A DNA stretch of 64,000 bases from an uncultured delta proteobacterium (GCA_963841435.1 CAWJCS010000005.1:608001-672000), one strand, 5' to 3'; positions 53,308 through 62,614 are shown, counted from the first letter of the stretch. The notes: a model not told the origin generated them from the sequence alone. Numbers and translations: made by a program.

Positions 53308-53792
53308 AAGAGCCGCTCACGCTGGAACGATTTCGCGCTTTGCTCGCCGCCTACGGCGCACGGCCGGAGCGCTGGCCCACCGAGGAACGAGAGCAGGCGC
53401 TCTCGCTCGTCGCGAGCTCGCCCGAGGCCGAGGCGCTGCTCGCCGGAGAAGCCGAGCTCGACGGGGCGCTCGCGGTGCTCGAGCCCCGAGAGGTCGGTGC
53501 TGACCTCATGCGCCGGTTGAACGAGATCCCGGTGCGTTTCCCACGCGAGCGGAAGGCGTCGGCGCGCTTCGGTGTGGTCGCGGCGCTCGGCTGGGCGATG
53601 GCGGCGGCGTTCGGGATGATCCTTGGCGCGCGGTCGGTGGACGTCGAGGCTATGACGGCGGAGCCCGGCGCGTCGGACACGTTCGCCGTCCAGGCCGATG
53701 ACGGGCAGTCGCCGACGACCGCGAGCGACCAGGACGACGACATGGTCGCCCTCGCGCTCGGATCGATGGGAGACCTCGGAGAGGAGCCATGA
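53304..53792 (+). CDS. Probable anti-sigma factor (single TM)
   Basis: LERFRALLAAYGARPERWP N-terminus, one TM helix, ATGA-coupled to the sigma gene. Confidence 0.7.
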   Translation: MKEPLTLERFRALLAAYGARPERWPTEEREQALSLVASSPEAEALLAGEAELDGALAVLEPREVGADLMRRLNEIPVRFPRERKASARFGVVAALGWAMAAAFGMILGARSVDVEAMTAEPGASDTFAVQADDGQSPTTASDQDDDMVALALGSMGDLGEEP

Positions 53793-54220
53793 TGCTGTCG
53801 CCTTCCCACTACCGGCTATTTTTCGCGATCTCGCTCGGCGTGAACGTGCTGTTCGCGGGGCTCTGGGTGGGTCGGGCCGTGGAGCGGCACCGCATGGCCG
53901 CACGCGCGCCCGAGCGCCACGCGCTACGCCATCGACCGCGAGCCCTCGGGCCGTGGGCGGCCGTCATCGAGCATCGGCCCGAGCTGTCGGCCCGGCGTGG
54001 CGCCACGCGCGCGGCGCGCGCCGAAGCTCGCGCCGCGCTCGCGCGGGAGCCCTTCGACGCCGCAGCGCTCGACAAGGCCCTCGCCGGGCTGCGCACCGAA
54101 ACGATGACGAGCCAGGAAACGCTGCACCGTGCGCTCGTCGAGACCGCGCGCAAAGCGACGCCCGCAGAGCGCCACGCGCTCGCGCGAACCTTCGACCTCA
54201 GAGCTCGCCCCACGCGCTAG
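53789..54220 (+). CDS. Periplasmic heavy-metal-sensor-like helical protein (CnrX/ZraP/Spy-like)
   Basis: SLGVNVLFAG anchor, EPFDAAAL..AL, TPAER.AL. Confidence 0.75.
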   Translation: MMLSPSHYRLFFAISLGVNVLFAGLWVGRAVERHRMAARAPERHALRHRPRALGPWAAVIEHRPELSARRGATRAARAEARAALAREPFDAAALDKALAGLRTETMTSQETLHRALVETARKATPAERHALARTFDLRARPTR

Positions 54221-54238
54221 CCAGGTCTCCACGGGAAG

Positions 54239-55237
54239 TCACCGTGCGGGCGTGATGACGACGCCGAGCTCGGCGCCGAACAGGCCTCCCCCGATCCGCA
54301 ACGTGCGCGCAGCGTCGATACCAACCGGCACGCGCCGAAGCGCCACGCCGCCGAGCACGCCGAGCTCGAGCCTCACGCTTCGCGTCAAGCGCCGCTCGAG
54401 CCGCACACCCCCCGCGGCGCGCGCCCACCAGCTCTCGCGCTCGCCACGCATCCCGTTCACCGACTCGACGCCGTCGAAGGCAATCAGCATGGCTTCCGTC
54501 CGGAGCGCGAGCTCGAGATCGGTGTGGGAGCCGAGCACGATGCGGTAGGCGGGGCCCGCACGGAGCCCGAGCGCCGCCACCGCGGTGCGGGTCGGGGACA
54601 GCGCGCCGAACGTCCAGGCAGTGCCGACGTCGAGGCGGAGCCGCCGCCAGACGTGTAGCTCGGCGTCGAAGGTTGGCCCCGCGAGGAACAGGTCGGGCAC
54701 GCGAGTCCATTCCACCCCCGCACGCAGCGCGCGCGGGCCATCGAGCGTGCGCATCGCGAGGAGGCGTGCTTCGCGCTCGGCGCGACGCCGCTTGCGCTCC
54801 TGGGCCGCGGCGTCGGCGTAGCGCTTTTGACGCAGACCGCGCGCTAGCTCGGCGGCAGCGAGCGCCACGCGGCGCGCAGCCACGGAAGGCGAAGCGCGCA
54901 CACCAGAGACCAGCCGGGCCCCGAATCGTTCGCCTCGTTCCCAGAGCTCCACGCGCAGCTGGCTCGTGTCTGCCGACAGCACGCGCACGAACAGGGCCGC
55001 CTCGGTCGTGCCCGGACGGGGGGGCACGAAAACCTCGGACAGCTCGAGCTGGATCAGCCTGCGAATGGCACGCGCATCGAGCATGGCCTCGACGCGCGGC
55101 TCGACCTCGATCGCGACCACACGCGTCGCCGCGCGACACGGGGCCGCGACGAAGAGAGCGCACAACAGCGTCGCGACGAGCGCGACCGCTCGACTATTCC
55201 CGAGGCTCCTCGTGCGCGGGCGCCGAGGTCTCGTCAA
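54239..55237 (-). CDS. Hypothetical exported protein with C-terminal outer-membrane beta-barrel-like region
   Basis: Signal-like segment, helical region, then alternating amphipathic beta-strands; start codon uncertain. Confidence 0.6.
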   Translation of the reverse strand: MTRPRRPRTRSLGNSRAVALVATLLCALFVAAPCRAATRVVAIEVEPRVEAMLDARAIRRLIQLELSEVFVPPRPGTTEAALFVRVLSADTSQLRVELWERGERFGARLVSGVRASPSVAARRVALAAAELARGLRQKRYADAAAQERKRRRAEREARLLAMRTLDGPRALRAGVEWTRVPDLFLAGPTFDAELHVWRRLRLDVGTAWTFGALSPTRTAVAALGLRAGPAYRIVLGSHTDLELALRTEAMLIAFDGVESVNGMRGERESWWARAAGGVRLERRLTRSVRLELGVLGGVALRRVPVGIDAARTLRIGGGLFGAELGVVITPAR

Positions 55238-56192
55238 CCGAGGGGTCGGCGTCGTCGGCGGGCAGCTCCGAGTCGTCCGGGGACGACGAGGTCGCACCGG
55301 CGGCCTTGAGCGTACGCCGCTCGAGCTCGGCACGGAGCTCAGTGAGCCGCGGGCCGTTCGGGAACTCGTGTTCATATTGAGCGACAAGCCGGGCCGAGAG
55401 CTCCAAATCCCCGCGCGCGAACGCCGCGTCGACTTCGTGGGCGAGCGCATCTTGGGCGAAATCGCCGCTCGGAGACAAGCGCCGGTAGAGGGAGAACGCC
55501 TCCGCGGCGCCCGCCTGGTCGCCGGCCTGCTCGAGCAAGTTGCCGAGCGTCCACGCGGCGTCGGGCGCCTCGGGCGCGTTCGGGAAGCCGCCGACCACGC
55601 GCCGGAGCGCCAGCACGGCGCGCTCCCGGCTGCCCGAGGCGCGCGCGATGTCCACGAGCGTCATCAGCTCGGGCGCCGAGGCGACCTCGATGGCGGCCTC
55701 GAAGCCACCCTGCGCCTCGAGCGCGGTGCGCGCCGCCTCGAAATCACCGGCTTCGGCCAGGCGCTCCCACGCGGGCGGCGCCGACACGGGCGCGGGCGCA
55801 TCGACGACCGTCGGCGCCGGCGCTGCGAGCGCCACGGGAGAGCTCGCGAGCACGGGCGCACGGCTGCGGAGCGGCTGACGCGCCGTCGGTGCGGGCTTCG
55901 GTGCCTCGGGACGCTGGATCCCGGGCCGCGCGGGACCCGCTGCTGGCTCGAGCACGACGGGCTGCTCGGCGCTCAGCGACGGCGCCGCCGCGGGGCGGCT
56001 CCAGCGCGAGCCCACGAACACGCCGCCACCGAACACGAGCACCAACGCCGCAGCGCGCAAAAGTGGCTCGCGCCGCGGCTCGCTCGTCGTCGAGAGCCGG
56101 CGCTCGAGCCGCCGCCATCCGGCGTCGACACGTAACCGGGAGCCGTGGTCACGCAACGGCAGGCTGTCGAGGTCCTCGAAGCGCCGCGTCAT
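55194..56192 (-). CDS. Probable anti-sigma factor: TM, Pro-rich linker, TPR-like C-terminus
   Basis: Coupled to the ECF gene; P.G.FA.DAL and Y...FP.G TPR-like motifs. Confidence 0.65.
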   Translation of the reverse strand: MTRRFEDLDSLPLRDHGSRLRVDAGWRRLERRLSTTSEPRREPLLRAAALVLVFGGGVFVGSRWSRPAAAPSLSAEQPVVLEPAAGPARPGIQRPEAPKPAPTARQPLRSRAPVLASSPVALAAPAPTVVDAPAPVSAPPAWERLAEAGDFEAARTALEAQGGFEAAIEVASAPELMTLVDIARASGSRERAVLALRRVVGGFPNAPEAPDAAWTLGNLLEQAGDQAGAAEAFSLYRRLSPSGDFAQDALAHEVDAAFARGDLELSARLVAQYEHEFPNGPRLTELRAELERRTLKAAGATSSSPDDSELPADDADPSVDETSAPAHEEPRE

Positions 56193-56827
56193 GAGTCCTC
56201 CCCGAAGGGCGAAACGAAATGCTCGTCGAGAAAGCGCTCGGCGCGCAAGATGCGACGCTTGGCCGTCGCGAGCGAGCAGCCCGTGAGCTCCGCGACGGCC
56301 GTCAGGCGGTGGCGTTCGACGTGTCGAAGGGTCCAGGCGATGCGCTCGTCGGTCGGCAGCGTCTGCAGAAGCGCATAGGCCTGGGCGAGGAGCGCGCGCA
56401 CTTCGGGATCGGCATCCGGCGAGGCGATCGCGTCGAGGTCGACGGGCTCGGGCGCGGACAGACCGAGCAGCGCCGTGAGGCGGCGACGACGAAGCCGGCT
56501 GCGCACGAGGCGCACGACGATGCTCCCGAGCCAGGACCGGAAGGCGGCGGTGTCCCGCAGCTCGTCGAGGCGCTGGTGGGCACGAAGGAAGGCGTCGTGC
56601 ACGATGTCCTCGACGTCCCCCGAGCTGCCCTGGATGCGGACGGAGAGATTGAGGGCGAAGCCCGCGTGCCGCCGGTAGAGCCCTTCGAAGGCCGCGGTGT
56701 CACCGCGCCGCGTGCGGCTGACGAGCTCGGCGTCGGCCGGCTCCTCCGGCGGGCTGTCTGCCTGTTCCGCAGCGGCCCGGGCGGCGACGAGCCGAAGGCG
56801 GGGGACCTGAGGGGAGCGCTGAGCCAT
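56189..56827 (-). CDS. ECF sigma factor
   Basis: DAELV...GD.AAFE.LYRRH, VEDIVHDAF, FRSWL, VAELTGCSLATAKRRI. Confidence 0.92.
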   Translation of the reverse strand: MAQRSPQVPRLRLVAARAAAEQADSPPEEPADAELVSRTRRGDTAAFEGLYRRHAGFALNLSVRIQGSSGDVEDIVHDAFLRAHQRLDELRDTAAFRSWLGSIVVRLVRSRLRRRRLTALLGLSAPEPVDLDAIASPDADPEVRALLAQAYALLQTLPTDERIAWTLRHVERHRLTAVAELTGCSLATAKRRILRAERFLDEHFVSPFGEDS

Positions 56828-57023
56828 CGCCAAGGTGCTTTGAGAATGGACGCGAAGAGTAAACGTTTCGGCTCACGGCCCCCACTCACAATCGTAAAAT
56901 ATCGTAACCATTATACTTTTTTCTTTTTTTGGTCGGGCGTGAGCTGCTTCGACTAGACCGGGCGTCTCAAAGACGGCCCGAGCGCACCCCTTATTGGCGT
57001 CTCGGCAGGAAGGAATTAACCAA

Positions 57024-57236
57024 ATGTCGAAGATTGTTGCACTCTTCCCGGTTGCGCTCCTTGCGTTTGCTTGCGGCGGTGGCGAGGCCACTCCGGAAGC
57101 TGCTGCCCCCGAGGCTCCCGCCGAGGCTGCTCCGGCTCCGGCCGAGGGCGACGCGGCTGCGGCTCCCGCCGAGGGCGACGCTGCTCCGGCCGAGGGCGGC
57201 GACGCTGCGGCGGCGCCGGCTGAGGAAGCGAAGTAA
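57024..57236 (+). CDS. Small Ala/Pro/Glu-rich repetitive lipoprotein ending in Lys
   Basis: MSKIVALFPVALLAFA-C-GGGEATPEAAAPEAPAEAAPAPAEGD...EEAK; AGGAAGGA SD, GCT-rich codons, own terminator. Confidence 0.85.
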   Translation: MSKIVALFPVALLAFACGGGEATPEAAAPEAPAEAAPAPAEGDAAAAPAEGDAAPAEGGDAAAAPAEEAK

Positions 57237-57259
57237 TTCGCTAGCCGTAAGGCGAGGAT

Positions 57260-57297
57260 GCGGCCGGGGCGCTCAGGCGTCTCGGCCGTTTCTTTTT
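57260..57297 (+). terminator. Rho-independent terminator
   Basis: GCGGCCGGGGCGC-TCAG-GCGTCTCGGCCGT then a T-rich tract. Confidence 0.85.
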
Positions 57298-57346
57298 GTC
57301 GGGCCCGGCCCGACCGCGACGCACAACGCTCGGGCGGCGTCGTGGC

Positions 57347-58720
57347 TCAGGCCGCGCGCCCCGCCTGATAGTCGACGACGAGCCGCGTGCGCCCCACGAG
57401 AAGCTCGTCGCCGTGCGAGAGCTCTTGCTCCCCGCGCACACGGACGAAGACGCCCGTCCGCGAACCGAGATCGGTGAGCACCATCGTGCCCGCCTGCTCT
57501 TCGATGAGGCAGTGCTGCTCGCCCACGAGCGGGTCGTCGGGGAAGACTAGGTCGCCGATAGCCGAGCCAATCTGCAGCGTGTTGCCGCGCGCCACCACGC
57601 AGCACCCCGGCGCACCTCCTTCGAACATCTGGAGCACGCGGAACGACGACGGCCACTTCGGTGACGAGTAGAAGTAGGTAGGGTTCGGATCGGGGCCGTC
57701 GTCCGCGACCGGGTTTCGCTGGATGCTGAGCAGCTGGTCTCCGACGATGAACTCGTCGCCCATCTCGAGCTCCACGGGCGTGCGGATGCGCAGGAACACC
57801 CCGTTTCCCCCATCGAGATCCTCGAGCAACAGGTGGCCGTCGCGCACGCTCACCACGGCCTCGCGCGGATGGCAGAAGCGCTCTCCGGGCAAGCTCACGT
57901 CGCCCTCCGCACCGATCACCGACGGCGTGGCGGGCAGGTCGTAGCGCTCGGGGCCGCCCGTGAGGCTTCTGAGCACGTGTAACGTGTAGAGCGCCTGCGC
58001 GGCCCGGGCAGCGGTGGGCGCCGCGGGAGGCTCGGGCGAAGGCGCCACCGAAGGGGACGTCGCGTCCTTCTTCTTCGCGAGCTTCTTGATGTCGTCGACG
58101 TTCGGGGGCTCGGTGAGAAGGTCCATGCCCCCCATCGCCTTGCCCGCCATGATCGCATCGAAGCGCCCCTGCCTCAGCATCAGCACCATCTCGAGGTGCT
58201 GCGCCTTCATCAGCCCGCGCACGAACTCGGCCACGTCGGCGCGGAGTACCTGCTCGGCGTAGGAGCGCTTGTGGCTCTTGATGATACGGCCCCCGTCCGC
58301 GAACAGGTGCGTGACGACGTGCGGCTGATCGAGCCCCGAATCCTCGGTCTGAACGTGGAAGACCTGGTTCAGGAACTTGATGTTGTTGTTGAAACCCATC
58401 TGGGCGCGCCGAAAGCTCGGCCGGCGCATCTCGGCCTCGAGCTTGGCGAGCTCCTCGGATGCGTAGCGCGCGATCGTGGCGTCGAGCTCCGCGTGCTCAC
58501 CCGGGACGCCCTCCATGCGCTCGAACGCCATCTGCGCGATACGCGCCGCGGGATCAACGCGCAGCGCTTCCGCAAGCAGGCCCTGCCCCTCGGCGTCGTT
58601 CGGGCCGTTGGCGGCCCAAGCGGCGAGCAGTGCCACGCTTTCGTCGGGCCGGCCTTTTTCGACCAACCACTTGGCGACACGCAGCGCCACTGCGCGCTGG
58701 CCCTGGGGGTCCGCCGACAT
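57347..58720 (-). CDS. Multidomain protein with tandem FHA-like domains
   Basis: TPR-like N-terminus, middle GFNNNIK...HVQTEDSG domain, LEDLDGGNGVFLRI and LTDLGSRTGVFVRV...L.HGDELLVG. Confidence 0.8.
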   Translation of the reverse strand: MSADPQGQRAVALRVAKWLVEKGRPDESVALLAAWAANGPNDAEGQGLLAEALRVDPAARIAQMAFERMEGVPGEHAELDATIARYASEELAKLEAEMRRPSFRRAQMGFNNNIKFLNQVFHVQTEDSGLDQPHVVTHLFADGGRIIKSHKRSYAEQVLRADVAEFVRGLMKAQHLEMVLMLRQGRFDAIMAGKAMGGMDLLTEPPNVDDIKKLAKKKDATSPSVAPSPEPPAAPTAARAAQALYTLHVLRSLTGGPERYDLPATPSVIGAEGDVSLPGERFCHPREAVVSVRDGHLLLEDLDGGNGVFLRIRTPVELEMGDEFIVGDQLLSIQRNPVADDGPDPNPTYFYSSPKWPSSFRVLQMFEGGAPGCCVVARGNTLQIGSAIGDLVFPDDPLVGEQHCLIEEQAGTMVLTDLGSRTGVFVRVRGEQELSHGDELLVGRTRLVVDYQAGRAA

Positions 58721-58781
58721 GCGGAGGCGAGCTTAGCTTATCCGGGCCCTTTGTGAACCGATCGCGCCCGGGCGTCCCCTC

Positions 58782-60851
58782 TCAGAACGCCCGACCACCC
58801 ATGGCGAAGCTCCCACCGGCCCCAGCCTGGCCGCCCATGCCGCCGGCTCCACCGGAGCCGAAACCGCAATCGAAGGGGCAGCTCTGCTGTGTTTCTCCGC
58901 TGTCGCACGTTCCGTTGCCGCAGAAGCAGTCGTAGTTGCAGCTCGAGGTGCTCTCCGGAAAGGTGCACCAGCGGTCGCCGCACGACATGCAGTCGTTCGG
59001 GCACGAGAAGGGGTCCTCGAACGGGCTGCAATAGCCGTCGCCGCACACGGGGCAGTCGTAGGGGCACGACTCGCCGGCCGAGCAGACGAAGTCGCCGCAG
59101 TAGCAGTCGCTGGGACAGCTGCGCGGGTTTTCCTTCGCGTCGCAGTAGAAGTTGCCGCAATACGCGCAGTTGACCGCGCAATTGTTGGCGTCCTCGTACG
59201 CGCCGCAAACCTTGTCCCCGCAGTATCCACAGTCGAACTGACATTGCTCACCCGCCGAGCAGGTGTAGTCGCCGCAGTAGCAGTCGCTGGGGCACGACTG
59301 TGGGCCCTCGTTGAAGTCACAGAACCCGTTACCGCAGGTGAGCGGACACTCCCAGGGGCAACCGTTGTTGAGATCCTCGGGGTCACATTTGCCGTTGCCG
59401 CAGTAGTTGCCGCACTCGGTCGGGCAGAAATACCAGTCGTTGCCGTCACAGATGCCGTTGCCGCACGTGTAGCCGCACTCCTCGGGGCAGCTCTGCCAGT
59501 CACCGCTGTCGCAGCGTCCATTGCCGCAGCTCATGGGTTGGCACTCCCAGGGGCACTCGGTGTAGTCGCTCGGTTCGCAGAAGTTGTTGCCGCAACCGGC
59601 AGGCGAGCACTCCTCGGGGCACGGCTGATCGGTCGGGTCGCAGCGGCCGTTGCCGCACGTCTGGCACTCGTTCGCGCAGCCGTACTGCGCGTCGGTCGAG
59701 TCGCAGCGGCCGTTGCCGCACGTCGTCGGCTGGCACTCCCAGGGGCAGCTATTCGTGTCACCGGGATCGCAGCGACCGTTGTTGCAGCTCGAGTTGCACT
59801 CGCCTGGGCAGACCGTGCCGTCGGTCGGATCGCACTGGCCGTTGCCGCACGAGCACTCCCAGGGGCAGGTGTCCCAGTCGATGTCCTCACAGACGCCGTT
59901 GCCGCACGTCAACTTGACGCACTCCCACGGGCAAATCGCGAGATCGTCCGGCTCGCAGCGGCCGTCGCCGCACGTCGTGTTGCCACATTCCCAGGGGCAC
60001 GGGCCGTAGTCGGTAAACTCGCAGGTCCCGTTACCGCAGGTGTTGACGCCGCATTCGTTCGGGCACTGCTGGTAGTCGGGGAAGTCACAGACGCCGTTGC
60101 CGCAGGTCGTCCCGCCGCACTCCCACGGGCACTCGGCCCAATCGGGGTTGCCGTCGCAGACCAGGTTGCCGCAGGTGCTCGGCTGGCATTCCCAGGGGCA
60201 GGCGACCGCGTCCGTCTGATCGCAGGTGCCGTTGCCGCAACTGAAGATGCCGCACTCCCACGGGCACTGGATGTAATCGAGGCGGCCGTCGCAGACGCCG
60301 TTGCCGCAGGTGTTCACCCCACACTCCGGACAGATGCCTTCCTCGCCGGGTGCGCAATAGCCGTCGCCGCAGCGGCCGCCGCAGTCCGAGCAAAAGCCTT
60401 GCTCGCCCTCGTCGCAGCGACCGTTGCCGCAGGTCGAGACGCAATCGGCCGAGCAGTTTCGGCTGTCCTCGCCCGACAAGGAGTCGCAGTAGCCATCGCC
60501 ACAGACGGGCAGGCCGGGGCAGTCGAACGCACAGGTCCGGTACCCCTCGCCAATGTCGGGATCGCAGATGCCGTCGCCGCAGTAGCCGTTGTTCCCGCAG
60601 TCCGGGATGCACGATGAGTATTCGTTGGGGGCGCAGAAACCATCGCCGCAGAACCCGGGCGAGCCCCCGGTGCCCCCGCCCCCAGTGCCGCCGCCGCCCT
60701 TGCCGCCAGTGCCCCCGGTGCCGCCCTTGCCCCCGGTCCCATACCCGTAGCCGACCGCCAGATCCGCCCGACCGCAGGCAGAAACCAGCGTCGTGAGCCC
60801 GATCGCGAGGGCGAGCGCGCCGTCCCGTAGCCTCGACATCAGCGACTTCAT
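58782..60851 (-). CDS. Cys-rich repeat lipoprotein (28 four-Cys repeats)
   Basis: Lipobox VSAC, Gly linker, repeats C-G-(N/D)-G-x-C-(D/E)...C-P-x-(E/D)-C counted by eye. Confidence 0.9.
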   Translation of the reverse strand: MKSLMSRLRDGALALAIGLTTLVSACGRADLAVGYGYGTGGKGGTGGTGGKGGGGTGGGGTGGSPGFCGDGFCAPNEYSSCIPDCGNNGYCGDGICDPDIGEGYRTCAFDCPGLPVCGDGYCDSLSGEDSRNCSADCVSTCGNGRCDEGEQGFCSDCGGRCGDGYCAPGEEGICPECGVNTCGNGVCDGRLDYIQCPWECGIFSCGNGTCDQTDAVACPWECQPSTCGNLVCDGNPDWAECPWECGGTTCGNGVCDFPDYQQCPNECGVNTCGNGTCEFTDYGPCPWECGNTTCGDGRCEPDDLAICPWECVKLTCGNGVCEDIDWDTCPWECSCGNGQCDPTDGTVCPGECNSSCNNGRCDPGDTNSCPWECQPTTCGNGRCDSTDAQYGCANECQTCGNGRCDPTDQPCPEECSPAGCGNNFCEPSDYTECPWECQPMSCGNGRCDSGDWQSCPEECGYTCGNGICDGNDWYFCPTECGNYCGNGKCDPEDLNNGCPWECPLTCGNGFCDFNEGPQSCPSDCYCGDYTCSAGEQCQFDCGYCGDKVCGAYEDANNCAVNCAYCGNFYCDAKENPRSCPSDCYCGDFVCSAGESCPYDCPVCGDGYCSPFEDPFSCPNDCMSCGDRWCTFPESTSSCNYDCFCGNGTCDSGETQQSCPFDCGFGSGGAGGMGGQAGAGGSFAMGGRAF

Positions 60852-60878
60852 GAAATGGGGTCTCCCACGGGGGTGAAA

Positions 60879-60894
60879 AGCAAAAAGCGCGCCG
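60879..60894 (-). promoter_or_regulatory. Putative sigma54 (-24/-12) promoter of the Cys-rich gene
   Basis: Minus strand CGGCGCGCTTTTTGCT = GG-N10-GC with TTGC, about 28 nt upstream of ATG. Confidence 0.6.
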
Positions 60895-60935
60895 CCGGCC
60901 TGTCCTCGCGGCTCCCCCGATTAGTGCGGTGATTG

Positions 60936-60961
60936 TGGCACATCCATCACTCCATGTGCCA
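60936..60961. promoter_or_regulatory. Palindromic operator/enhancer candidate
   Basis: TGGCACAT-N10-ATGTGCCA, perfect 8-bp arms. Confidence 0.55.
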
Positions 60962-61140
60962 AACCCCGGCTGGAACGTCTGGCACAGCTCCCGACAAATG
61001 AGACGGTGGCGGACGAGCCCAGGAAGGGCTCACTGAGCTGTTGCAAGGAACCCCCGCGAAGCCCCGACTTGCTGGTCGCCCCGACTGGAGCTAGGTTCCG
61101 CCCCCCCGCGGGCCCCCCGCGGCGAGAGAGAGCCCACGCC

Positions 61141-61353
61141 ATGAAGGACGGCATCCACCCCGAATACACCCTTTCGACCGTGACCTGTGCGTGCGGGAAC
61201 ACGTTCCAGACGCGCTCGACCAAGAAAGAGGTCGCCGTCGACGTGTGCGGCGCCTGCCACCCGTTTTATACGGGCAAGCAGCGCCTCGTCGACACCCAGG
61301 GCCGCGTCGATCGCTTCCGCCGAAGGTACGCAGGGCAAGCCGCGCTCAAGTGA
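61141..61353 (+). CDS. rpmE: 50S ribosomal protein L31 (zinc-binding type)
   Basis: [35 protein letters not shown]. Confidence 0.97.
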   Translation: MKDGIHPEYTLSTVTCACGNTFQTRSTKKEVAVDVCGACHPFYTGKQRLVDTQGRVDRFRRRYAGQAALK

Positions 61354-61491
61354 TCGAGGCGGGTTGCTGACCGCCCTCGAAAGCGCCTTTCTGCCCTGCG
61401 TGCCGAGCGGGGCGCGCGCTCTTGCTGAATCGATGCGGGCAATCGCGTCGCGCCGCTAGCGATCCTGCACGGCGTATTTATACTGATCGGG

Positions 61492-62595
61492 ATGTCGAAC
61501 CAGCCGGCCGTGATCGGACCCGACGGGGTCGCCCGCCCGTACATCGGGGGGCAGGCGCTCATCGAGGGCGTCATGATGCGCTCGCCCCACGGGTACGCCG
61601 CCGTCGTGCGCCGCCGGGACGGCTCGCTGCTCGTGCGCGAGGAGCCGATGGTGGACCTCCGGCGGGGCCCCCTCGCCTGGCCACTGGTACGCGGCGTCGT
61701 GGCGCTGGTCGAGGCGCTGAAGCTCGGCTCGCGGGCGCTGCGTTTTTCGGCCGAAGCGTTCGAGCAGGATCTCGCGGCCGAGGAGACCGAGAAGAAGGCG
61801 ACCAAGCCCGGGCTGCTCAGCGTGCTTTCGCTCCCCATCATCGCGCTCGTGACCAGCGACCCGGAGCTGCCTTCGGCGACCACGGGCGAGCCTAAGAATC
61901 GCCTCGCTACCTGGCTCTCGATCGGCTTCGCGCTGACGCTCTTCGTGGCGTTGCCGCAGGCGTTCGCTCAGGGGGTGAGCTCGGGGCTCGACCTCGGCCT
62001 CGACGTGCGCAGCGCGCCCTTCCAGCTTCTCACGGGCGCCGCCAAGATGCTCATCGTCGTCGGCTACATGCTGGCGATCCGGCGCATCCCCGAAATCTAC
62101 CGGGTGTTTCAGTATCACGGCGCGGAGCACAAATCGATCTACGCCTACGAGGCTGGCGATCTCCTCGCGCTCGAGGGCGCCCGACCGAAGACGACGCTCC
62201 ACCCGCGTTGCGGCACGACGTTCATCGTGATGGTGGCGCTCGTCTCCATCGTGGTGTTCGCGGCGATCGGTCCGCTCTTGCCGCACTTCGGGCTCGGCAG
62301 GCTGGCCGACAACGTGGCTTTTTTCCTGATGAAGCTGCCGTTCTTGCCGTTCATCGCCGCCATCACGTTCGAGCTGCAGCGCCTGCTCGCGCGCCACGCG
62401 ACGAAGGGTCCGCTCCGCGTGCTGCTCTGGCCCGGCTTCCTCGTGCAAAAGATCACCACCATCGAGCCGGACGACGCCCAGCTCGAGGTTGCGCTCGCCG
62501 CGCTCTCGGTCACGGCGCGGCGCGAGCAGTCTCCCGACACCGCGAGCTCGGGCGAGCGCTCCTTCGCCGACTTCGGCGCGCTGGTCACCGGCTGA
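61492..62595 (+). CDS. DUF1385-family membrane protein
   Basis: IGGQALIEGVMMR, FQYHGAEHK, HPRCGTTF, QKITTIEP; usual rpmE-DUF1385-prfA context. Confidence 0.9.
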   Translation: MSNQPAVIGPDGVARPYIGGQALIEGVMMRSPHGYAAVVRRRDGSLLVREEPMVDLRRGPLAWPLVRGVVALVEALKLGSRALRFSAEAFEQDLAAEETEKKATKPGLLSVLSLPIIALVTSDPELPSATTGEPKNRLATWLSIGFALTLFVALPQAFAQGVSSGLDLGLDVRSAPFQLLTGAAKMLIVVGYMLAIRRIPEIYRVFQYHGAEHKSIYAYEAGDLLALEGARPKTTLHPRCGTTFIVMVALVSIVVFAAIGPLLPHFGLGRLADNVAFFLMKLPFLPFIAAITFELQRLLARHATKGPLRVLLWPGFLVQKITTIEPDDAQLEVALAALSVTARREQSPDTASSGERSFADFGALVTG

Positions 62596-62614
62596 GCCCC
62601 GGCGAAGGACGCCC

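Noticed and set aside
58782-60851. Multiheme cytochrome or RiPP precursor
   Set aside because: No CxxCH motifs and no modifying enzymes nearby.
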